Source: Myxococcota bacterium (lineage in GTDB: Bacteria; Myxococcota_A; Polyangia; Polyangiales; JBCCZL01). From it: a DNA stretch of 60,733 nucleotides. Shown piece by piece: positions 28,634-36,281 of this stretch. The notes beneath the pieces are model-generated. The model ran no database searches and was not told the DNA's origin. It saw only the letters and a program-made list of their open reading frames with translations. The stretch lies in the NCBI GenBank assembly GCA_039187775.1, contig JBCCZL010000002.1, positions 1 through 60,733 on the forward strand. The letters are read 5' to 3'. The position numbers and the translations under genes are program-made. Numbering within the stretch: position 1 is the stretch's first letter; every line of letters starts with the position of its first letter.

Positions 28634-29515
28634 TCAGTGGCGCTCCCGGAGGGTGACGCCCTGGGCGTAGCGTAGCCGAGCGTTGGTGCCGACCTCACGG
28701 TAGGTGATGCGGCCGTCGCCGTTGCGATCGTGGCCGCGGTTTCGACGGTAGGTTCGTTGGGGTCGCCGATACAGCACGTGCCGATTTCCCCGACCGAGTG
28801 CGGCGGGCGTAAACACCGCCATGTACGCATCTTCGATGCTATCCATGCGGCCGCGGTAGGGCCGGAGGTACTTTTCGACCCACTCGAGCTGTTCGATCCG
28901 GTTCATGCGGGCGAGCCGCCGGTCGGTGGTGCCGAGACGTCGGGCGGTCGACGGCAAGAACTGAATCAGGCCGACCGCACGGGAGTGTGGGTTTCGAATC
29001 GACGGCGAGAATGTCCCTCCGGTTTCGTAATGCATCACCGCCATCAGGTGGTCGGGATCCATCCGCAGACGTCCCGCGATTTGTCGAACCCGGTCCGCAA
29101 AACGAGCATCCACCAGATGCTCGAAGATGAGCGGAGGGTCCGTGGTGCCCGCCCCCGGCAGGACGAGCTGTGCTCCGACCGACAGGAGCTCGGGTTTCGG
29201 GACCCGAGTCTGATTCGCCGCGATGAGCGCCGGAAGGGCCACCTCGTGTTCGCGGGCGATCGACGAGAGCGTGTCGCCAGCCCGAACGCGGTACGTACGA
29301 GGCGCGGGAGCGCGCAACCGAAGCCGAAGACCGGGCGTGATGCGGTCAGGATCGGTGAGTCGTGGATTCAGCGCCTGAATCTGCTCGACGGTGACCTGAT
29401 TGCGGGCCGCGATCGAGGAAAGCGTATCGCCCGACCGCACTCGGTATTGAGCGTCGGCAACGGTTGGGCCAAACACCAGGCCGACGAGCACCCACAAGAT
29501 GAAACTGTGCTGCAC
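28634..29515 (-). CDS. Secreted 2x LysM + lysozyme-like transglycosylase with EF-hand-like loop
   Basis: Signal peptide; two YRVR.GDTLSSIA LysM domains; MAVMHYETGGTFSP...GLIQF catalytic motif; DRNGDGRITYRE. Confidence 0.88.
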   Translation of the reverse strand: MQHSFILWVLVGLVFGPTVADAQYRVRSGDTLSSIAARNQVTVEQIQALNPRLTDPDRITPGLRLRLRAPAPRTYRVRAGDTLSSIAREHEVALPALIAANQTRVPKPELLSVGAQLVLPGAGTTDPPLIFEHLVDARFADRVRQIAGRLRMDPDHLMAVMHYETGGTFSPSIRNPHSRAVGLIQFLPSTARRLGTTDRRLARMNRIEQLEWVEKYLRPYRGRMDSIEDAYMAVFTPAALGRGNRHVLYRRPQRTYRRNRGHDRNGDGRITYREVGTNARLRYAQGVTLRERH

Positions 29516-29881
29516 GGCTCATCGTATCGCGACTTCTGGTCGTGCGATCGCTGAAGTTGCGCGATGGGATGTGGCCACTCGACCCACCTGAGCAGAGAAT
29601 CCGTACAACGCAATCGAGCTTTGCTCAAGTGCAACCTTTGGACACGTCTCATGTGGACCCGAGCGCGCTTCACCGCGTTTCCCACACTCGTGCACCCCGA
29701 TCGCCGCGACGTGTTCGGGGACGATTCTCGTTGTTGTGGGGCGCGTCTCGCCTGGATGGAGACGAATAGAGTCGGGCAGGACTGCGGTTGAACCCCGGTA
29801 AATGTGTGACCAGGCGTGCTTTTCGGCCTGGATCACGACGAATAGAATCGGCCACGCTGCGGTTAGACTCGCGGTGAATGT

Positions 29882-31060
29882 GTGATCGGCCGTGTCCTCA
29901 GCCTCAGCTTCCTGGTCGTCGGCGCATGCGGCGGCGCTCAGCCCGCCCTGCCGGCGCCCACGCTGATGTGCGACGTCCGCCTCGAAGAGCTGGACCAACG
30001 AAGCCGCCCGGTGGGGAGCGAACTCCCCGCGGGACCGGTGGCGAGCATCGAAATCCAGGGAGCCCGCACAGTGCCGGAAGCGCTCGTTCGCGAGGCGATC
30101 CGAACACCGCTGGGGCAAGACCTCGACGCCGAGCAGATCCGGTCCGATCTCCGGGACATCCTCGCGCTTTCCGTGTTCGAAGACGTGCGTGTTCACGGAC
30201 GCCGGGAAGGCGACCGAGTGATGTTGCGCTACGAAGTGATGGAACGCCCGCTGGTTCGTCACGTCGAAGCGAGAGGCGAGGCCCTGCCTCGGGGTGTGGG
30301 CCGACTGGGCCTCCTCACCGGCGAAGTGTTCGTGCCGCAGCGGATTCACCGTCTGGCTGGACGCATCGCTGCGGAGTACCGACGGGACGGCTATCGGGAC
30401 GCCCGGGTTGAGCTCCGAGCGCACCGAGACGACGGCGTTGTCGATCTCTGCTTTCTCAATGAGACGGGTCGCCGCTGGCTCATCGAGCGCTTCGAGTTCA
30501 GCGGGAACGAGCTCATCGCCGATGCCGAGCTTCGCGACCAGCTCGATACCCAAGACGGAGAGGTCAACCACCCCGGTGGAATCTATCGCGAGGACCTCCT
30601 CGACCGTGGGCTCGAACGTGTCCGCGGGTTGTACCTGGCGCGGGGGATGGTGGAAGTGGTGGTGCACGTGCCTCAGGTCACGTGGTCCGGCGAGCGTGCT
30701 TCGGTCGAAATCGCGATCGCAGAGGGGGCGATCTACCGCATCGGAAACATCGAGTTCGAAGGCTCCCTGGCGGAATCCGCCGAACACTACCGCGGGCTCG
30801 TCGGCGTAGAGCCCGGAGAAGTCTTCGTGCGGCCCGCGGTCACAGACGGCATCGAGCGGATTCGGACCTGGGAGCGAGAGCAAGGTCGGGAAACCGACGT
30901 CACGGTCATAGAGACGACGTTGGATCGCGAGGGCTCGCGGCTCCATATGGTGATTCGGCTTGCGGCCGCGGACGCCACGGAGCCTCCGGAATCTGCACCC
31001 GAAGGGCCGACGCTCTTCGATCAAGAGGCCCACATCGATCTTCCGAGGACTGAACCGTGA
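29882..31060 (+). CDS. Lipoprotein with about four BamA-like POTRA domains and no beta-barrel
   Basis: Lipobox VGAC; VASIEIQG...FEDVRV...ERP, YRRDGYRDARV, IERFEFSGN...LYLARG and EGAIYRIGNIEFEG; stop at aa 392. Confidence 0.85.
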   Translation: MIGRVLSLSFLVVGACGGAQPALPAPTLMCDVRLEELDQRSRPVGSELPAGPVASIEIQGARTVPEALVREAIRTPLGQDLDAEQIRSDLRDILALSVFEDVRVHGRREGDRVMLRYEVMERPLVRHVEARGEALPRGVGRLGLLTGEVFVPQRIHRLAGRIAAEYRRDGYRDARVELRAHRDDGVVDLCFLNETGRRWLIERFEFSGNELIADAELRDQLDTQDGEVNHPGGIYREDLLDRGLERVRGLYLARGMVEVVVHVPQVTWSGERASVEIAIAEGAIYRIGNIEFEGSLAESAEHYRGLVGVEPGEVFVRPAVTDGIERIRTWEREQGRETDVTVIETTLDREGSRLHMVIRLAAADATEPPESAPEGPTLFDQEAHIDLPRTEP

Positions 31061-32520
31061 AGCGCGCTCCGATCTGGCTCGGCCTGGCTGCTACGGTTGG
31101 TTGCGCCGCAGGCCCTCCACCCGGTCTTACCCCAGAGCGGCCTTCATCGGTCGCCGGTGGGCAGGTCCCCCCCACCGGCTCGCGCGCACTGGCGCTCCAA
31201 GCTTGCGGACCGGGTTCGTCGACCGATGAATGCATGGGATGGTTCATCGACCAACGCCTCGTTCTTCTCTTCGGCCGCTACGAAGATCCCGAACTCCAAA
31301 GTTATCTCGAGGCGGTCGCGGCCACCCTTCTTCGGACGGTCGATGAAGACCCCACCGAGTGGACGTTTCAAGTTCTCGACGATGCCGCCATCGAAGCCTC
31401 GGCCGCCTACGGACACTACGTGTGGATCACCCGCGGCATGCTCGCGCTTCTCCATTCCGAAGCGGAGCTCGCGGGAGTGCTCGCCCACGAGATCGTGCAC
31501 ATAGTGGCGGGACATGCGGACCGAGAACCCAGTCCACCCGATCCCTACCTGCGCGCCAAGTGGAACCGTTTCCAACTGAGCCGCGACGACGAAGCCCAGG
31601 CCGATCAACAGGCGGTTCGCATGCTGGAACGCGCCGGCTACGATCCGCGCGGGGTACCGTCGATGTTGGAAGCGGTGTACCGACCGGGGGGCGAAGAACT
31701 GCGGGGCTGGAACAGCCGCCACCCTCCCCTCGCCGTTCGCCTCGCTCTGACTGCGCGTGCCGCCAATGGGGGATCCGACGGCCGTACCGGAGAGGAGGAG
31801 TTTCGTCGTGCGATCGATGGCTTGGTGGTCGGCATGGATCCTCGTTTGTTCCAAGTGGTGGACGGGCGCTACATCAACCACCGGGCGGGCCTGTCTTTCG
31901 ACGTGGGTGGCTGGGAGGTCGAGACCTGGTATCCGGGCACCGTGCAGTCCCAACGTCTTCGGGCCATCCACCGTGGGTGGGGCGCGTCGCTCTCGTTCAG
32001 CCGAATCGCTCCCCCCGCGGGCTTCGACATCGTCGCAGACGATGCGCGGGAAAATGCGTCCACCAGCTCGACCGAGCTTCCACTCGCCGGATATCCCGCC
32101 ACCGTCAGCTTGGTATCGCCGGAGGCGTTCGACTCGGGATACGAGGAGGGCGTCCTAGTTCAGCTCGCAACCTTTCGAGCAAGGGATCGATATCGCTACG
32201 GGCTTTTCCTCGCGACCCGTGGCCATCGACAGGAACGGGCGCGAGAGCTGTTGGAGGAGGTCACCGGCACCTTTCGTCGAGAACGCCCCGGCTCTCCGAG
32301 GCCCTTTCGTTTGCGGCACATGGTGCTCGACCGTCCGTCAACCCTTGACCAGCTGATCGCTAGCGACTGCGTGTCTCCAGGGGCGGAGATCTTGTTTCGT
32401 CACCTCAACGCGCTGGTGAGTCCGCCGGTGGCCGCGGTGGCCGTCCCATCCGACAATCTCGAAACTCGGCCCTCCGACGTCAGAGCCTCGGGAACGATCA
32501 TCAAATGCGTCCGGCATTAA
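31057..32520 (+). CDS. M48-family zinc metalloprotease lipoprotein (BepA/YfgC-like)
   Basis: Lipobox TVGC; SEAELAGVLAHEIVH, SRDDEAQAD, AGYDPRG and SRHPP motifs; GTGA overlap with the POTRA gene. Confidence 0.9.
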   Translation: MKRAPIWLGLAATVGCAAGPPPGLTPERPSSVAGGQVPPTGSRALALQACGPGSSTDECMGWFIDQRLVLLFGRYEDPELQSYLEAVAATLLRTVDEDPTEWTFQVLDDAAIEASAAYGHYVWITRGMLALLHSEAELAGVLAHEIVHIVAGHADREPSPPDPYLRAKWNRFQLSRDDEAQADQQAVRMLERAGYDPRGVPSMLEAVYRPGGEELRGWNSRHPPLAVRLALTARAANGGSDGRTGEEEFRRAIDGLVVGMDPRLFQVVDGRYINHRAGLSFDVGGWEVETWYPGTVQSQRLRAIHRGWGASLSFSRIAPPAGFDIVADDARENASTSSTELPLAGYPATVSLVSPEAFDSGYEEGVLVQLATFRARDRYRYGLFLATRGHRQERARELLEEVTGTFRRERPGSPRPFRLRHMVLDRPSTLDQLIASDCVSPGAEILFRHLNALVSPPVAAVAVPSDNLETRPSDVRASGTIIKCVRH

Positions 32521-33425
32521 ACCGACTCGCGCTGACGGTGGCGCTCTTTCTTGCTCCACGCGGGGCCGAGGCCCAGCTCCTGGAACAAGTCGTGGCGTTC
32601 GTAAACGACGAACCCATTTTCCTAAGCGAACTTCGCGAAAGGACCGACGCCGATTCCCTTCACGGCGAAGCCCTTCAGGATGCGTACCGAGAAGCGCTGC
32701 GATCGCTCGTCGACGAGCGACTGATCGCACAACGGGCGGAGCAAGCTGAGATCACGGTGACCGAGGGCGAGGTCGACGACGCGATCGCCGAGATTCGACG
32801 GCGAAACGGACTCGACCCGGAGGCCTTCTGGCAGGCGGTAGTCCGCCAGGGTCTCAACCGTGAGGGCTATCTTCACAGCATCCGCGTTCGACTCCTGCGG
32901 ATCAAACTCTTGCGCCAAGAGGCGGAGAGCTCCGTCAGCTACTCCGACCTTCAGCGCGCCTGGGAAGAAGAGCTCCGGCAACCTCCGATGGACCACCAAG
33001 TTCGGATAGCTCAGATCATCTGCGCACCAGAAAACGGTACGCCGAGCGCCCGTCGAAACGCCAGACGACGCGCGCGGGAACTGCGACGCCAACTCCAAAG
33101 CGGCCAGCTCTCCTTTGACGCCGCGGTGAACCGGGAGCGAGGCGGCAACGCGGGATGGGTTCGACCGGCCGACATCGAGCCCCGGCTCTGGGAGGCACTT
33201 CGGGGAGTCGAAGAAGGAGAGCTGTCCGAAGTGGTGGAGACCGATGCCGGCTTCCATATCTTACTGCTCCAGGGGGAGCGGCATCGGGAACCCGCCACCT
33301 TTGAAAGCCGCCGACATGCCCTTCGGACAGCGATCGTTAACCGAAGGGTCGATGAGCAGGAGGAAGCGATCCTCCAACGCTACCGGGACGAAGCGTACAT
33401 CGCGATTCGGCTTCGAGACCGATGA
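32505..33425 (+). CDS. SurA-like periplasmic chaperone/parvulin PPIase
   Basis: Signal peptide; VVAFVNDEPIFLSEL and LVDERLIAQRA SurA-N motifs; GGNAGWV...GELSEVVETDAGFHIL parvulin domain. Confidence 0.88.
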   Translation: MRPALNRLALTVALFLAPRGAEAQLLEQVVAFVNDEPIFLSELRERTDADSLHGEALQDAYREALRSLVDERLIAQRAEQAEITVTEGEVDDAIAEIRRRNGLDPEAFWQAVVRQGLNREGYLHSIRVRLLRIKLLRQEAESSVSYSDLQRAWEEELRQPPMDHQVRIAQIICAPENGTPSARRNARRRARELRRQLQSGQLSFDAAVNRERGGNAGWVRPADIEPRLWEALRGVEEGELSEVVETDAGFHILLLQGERHREPATFESRRHALRTAIVNRRVDEQEEAILQRYRDEAYIAIRLRDR

Positions 33426-33489
33426 ACCCGACTCACTCCTTCCATCGCACTCCATGGCGAAATCGAGCGCCCCCTGACCGCGGTCCCGG

Positions 33490-33758
33490 TCGAGGACGGT
33501 AGCCGCGACGAGCGGCTCCACCATCGGAACCTTGTACTCCGTCCGCGGGAGGGGCTTCGCGCGGTCCGTCGACCGCTTCGCGGCCGCTTCGACCGCCTCG
33601 TCGGCGGCGGGCTGTCCTTCGAGAGCGCCCTCCACCTCGGTCAGTCGGAACGGAATGTTGGCGACGCCGCCCACTGCCACCCGGGCAAGCTCGATGGTTC
33701 CCTCGGTCACCGCCTGTCGGATTCCCTTATCGGTGATGCGTAGGGAGACCGAAGCAGA
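33490..33758 (-). pseudogene. C-terminal fragment of a xanthine/CO dehydrogenase-family FAD subunit
   Basis: IELARVAVGGVANIPFRL..VE.ALEGQ...AKPLPRTEYKVPM; no N-terminal FAD domain and no partner subunits; the frame runs on into the SurA-like gene. Confidence 0.75.
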
Positions 33759-33845
33759 TCTTCGAAATGGATGATTGTTGACCGGCCCTTGCTGTCGGCG
33801 CACGTTCCCCGGAAGTCTGTTCTAACGACCGGGGAGGGTCTACCG

Positions 33846-34271
33846 ATGCTCAAACAACATCTTTGCGGGTTATGGATCGTCATCGTCTCACTGCTGGCCT
33901 CGGCGGGTTGCGCGACACCCCCGCCGTCGAGTGAGGTCGCCGCCGACTTGCGGATCGGCGAAGACGTGCGCGCATATCGCCTTTTCGACGGGGAACCGAG
34001 GGTCATCGAAGTGCTCGATAGCGAGGGGTTCGTCATGTCGGAGCTTTGGCAGATCGGCTCCGAGTTCCGCTGGATGGACGAAAACCTCACCGAAGCAACC
34101 CGTCTTCGGATCGAGGCCGACCTCGCCCACATTGGCACCGGGAGCGTGGGGAGCACCACATCCGCCGTGAGTTCCGCCGATACGAGCTGGGTCAGCGGCT
34201 GCGTCGGGTGCCACATGGAGTATTCGTCGCACGACCAACGGATTTCGCCGCAGATCGAGCCTTATGACTGA
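33846..34271 (+). CDS. Small lipoprotein with one C-terminal CxxCH motif
   Basis: ATG 33846 after GGGGAGG; lipobox SAGC; CVGCH near the C-terminus. Confidence 0.65.
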   Translation: MLKQHLCGLWIVIVSLLASAGCATPPPSSEVAADLRIGEDVRAYRLFDGEPRVIEVLDSEGFVMSELWQIGSEFRWMDENLTEATRLRIEADLAHIGTGSVGSTTSAVSSADTSWVSGCVGCHMEYSSHDQRISPQIEPYD

Positions 34272-34417
34272 GCATCGACGCGAGCGGCTCGCCAGAAAAC
34301 ACGCGAGGAATGGCCAGTTGTTCGAGATTCCGCCAGTGTATCCGGGCGGGACGAGCGAGTGAGCCGGTCCCACAAACGCGAGTCGTCTCTCATCCTACGT
34401 TGGGACACACTGGACCT

Positions 34418-34840
34418 ATGGCACGAATCACCCTGAACACCGAAGAAGCAAACGAACTCCTCGGCCTCAAAGACAGCAGCGTGGGACTTGGCAAGTTTCG
34501 CGGACAATGCGCAGCGCTCGTCCAATACTTCGACTTTCATCGAACCTCGGAGTGGTCGCGGGGCGAGCGCGTTCAATCGCTCTCGAGCCTGGCTCAGTAC
34601 ACCGCGATCGCCAGCTTTCGCAAAGGAGTGACCGTTTACGAAAACAATCACGCGGCGTTCTTTATCGGAAAGAACGCCACGGGAATCCAGGTCATCGACC
34701 AGTGGGATGGCAAGCTCATCGGGGAGCGGACCCTTCGATACAAGTCGGGCTACAACCCGCTTTCGAACTGTGGAATCCACTTCTACACGATCGAAGTCGA
34801 CCGACGAATCCGCCGGAGCTCTACCGCGGGTTGGAAATAG
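34418..34840 (+). CDS. BPSL0067/Tae2-like peptidoglycan amidase
   Basis: QCAALVQ (catalytic Cys), T.EW.RG..V, TAIASF, NHAAFF (catalytic His), GIQVIDQW and SN...FYTIE. Confidence 0.85.
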   Translation: MARITLNTEEANELLGLKDSSVGLGKFRGQCAALVQYFDFHRTSEWSRGERVQSLSSLAQYTAIASFRKGVTVYENNHAAFFIGKNATGIQVIDQWDGKLIGERTLRYKSGYNPLSNCGIHFYTIEVDRRIRRSSTAGWK

Positions 34841-34907
34841 CACCGGAGATTCTCTCCGGGTCCCGTGCGAGTAGCCCTCGCGAGTCAGCCGATCGACGCG
34901 GTCTGCG

Positions 34908-36281
34908 TCAAACGAAGGACGTCACTTCCGGGTTTTCAGGAAAGCGAACCTCGCGGCGCTCTTCGGGGACGCCGGCGGCTCGCATCACGGATTTGAAGTA
35001 CGCCGCCAGGGTGTCGCTCGGAGGGATATCCGGCGCATCGCTCTTGCCCGTGGTCGAGTTGATCCCGCTGGCGTAGGCCTTGTTGTTGTCCGTGAACTCG
35101 TAGCCGCCGACAACTCCACCGCTGAGATGGGTCCCGATGATGAGGCCGCTCGCAAGGTTTCCGTAGTGGCCACGCCCGTTCCCGGGGTTGATCCGCGCGG
35201 TTCGGCCGAACACGTCGGCGGTCGCAAACAGCACATCATCAAGAATTCCGAAATCCTGAAGAGCGCGCCAAAATCGGTCGAGCGACTGCATCATGGTCAG
35301 CGACCGGGCGGCCTCGTCGGTGAGGCCTCCGGGGTAGTGGTTGTCGCCGCTGAAACTGTAGTTCGTCACGATCACTGGCGCGATCCGGAGCTTCGCGAGC
35401 GCCGCCGCGACGCGAAGCTGGCTGTCGATTGAGTCATCGACGATCTCCTCAAGGAGCGTTCCGAGCCCCGTCCCAAAGGCGGCGGCCTGACTGCGACTCG
35501 CCACGTATTCGTCGAGGAACCGACGTTGCTCCGGCGTCCCCTCCCGGCGGAGGTGACCGTAGGACGCATCGATGTAGTGGTCGCGAAGCGCGTCGAAGTT
35601 TTCCACGCCGCCGAGCGTGTTTCCGACGCTTCCCACGAGCGTCTTGACTTCGGTCGGGCTGTAAGAAGCAAGCGGGTTGCCGTAGGAGGAGTACCCGCCA
35701 CCGGCAAGAATGAAGGGCTCAGCGGTCGCGGTATGGAGAAGCGCCGCCGTCTCCTGAGCGATGGCCGACGGGAGCTGCTCGTCTCCCCGTCCGATCTCTC
35801 CCCGGAGCCGACCATGGCACCGGAGCACCGACTTGAACTGAGGGTGAATCCCCGCCCCCGTCCGGTGATTGAACCACACAAGATGCTGCCGGAGCGACTC
35901 CGGCAGCGCGCTCCACATGCGCGCCACGCGCACTGGCTCATCGCCGAACCGCAGGTGGACGGGCGTCGCGAGATCCTCGGCGCTGAGATTCACGTCATTG
36001 ACGACAAGGTTGGGTACCTCGGAGGTATCCACATCGCCCGCTACGGTGTGATCAAAGTAGTCTTTGCGTTCCGCATCGAAGGTCCCCGGGCCCGTGGCAT
36101 TGACCGACTCGCCCGCGCCCGACGTCGCGAGCACCGTGACTCTGGCGTCCGGGTCCGCGGCAGTCACGCGTCCGGACAACAGGAACGGAAGAGGCAACCC
36201 AGTGACCGCGGCGCGAAGAGACCACCCCAGACTGGTTGCCCCGGCTCCCTTCAGGAGCTCACGGCGACTCGGTTTCTTCAT
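34908..36281 (-). CDS. DUF1501/DUF1552-like Tat protein, cassette 2
   Basis: MKKPSRRELLKG Tat leader; GIHP, GDNH and DVFGRT...GRGH motifs; ATGA overlap with the upstream gene. Confidence 0.8.
   Translation of the reverse strand: MKKPSRRELLKGAGATSLGWSLRAAVTGLPLPFLLSGRVTAADPDARVTVLATSGAGESVNATGPGTFDAERKDYFDHTVAGDVDTSEVPNLVVNDVNLSAEDLATPVHLRFGDEPVRVARMWSALPESLRQHLVWFNHRTGAGIHPQFKSVLRCHGRLRGEIGRGDEQLPSAIAQETAALLHTATAEPFILAGGGYSSYGNPLASYSPTEVKTLVGSVGNTLGGVENFDALRDHYIDASYGHLRREGTPEQRRFLDEYVASRSQAAAFGTGLGTLLEEIVDDSIDSQLRVAAALAKLRIAPVIVTNYSFSGDNHYPGGLTDEAARSLTMMQSLDRFWRALQDFGILDDVLFATADVFGRTARINPGNGRGHYGNLASGLIIGTHLSGGVVGGYEFTDNNKAYASGINSTTGKSDAPDIPPSDTLAAYFKSVMRAAGVPEERREVRFPENPEVTSFV

Noticed and set aside
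29519-31033. 504-aa minus-strand ORF and similar long shadow ORFs (e.g. 25176-26606, 36869-38518, 42766-44115)
   Set aside because: Each is antisense to a well-supported gene; long shadow frames are expected at this GC content and show no motifs.
29882-31060. Calling this gene bamA
   Set aside because: It has no barrel or terminal aromatic strand and carries a lipobox.
34844-34860. Hairpin CCGGAGA-ttc-TCTCCGG as an intrinsic terminator
   Set aside because: The stem is real but there is no U-tract on either strand, so it was not called.
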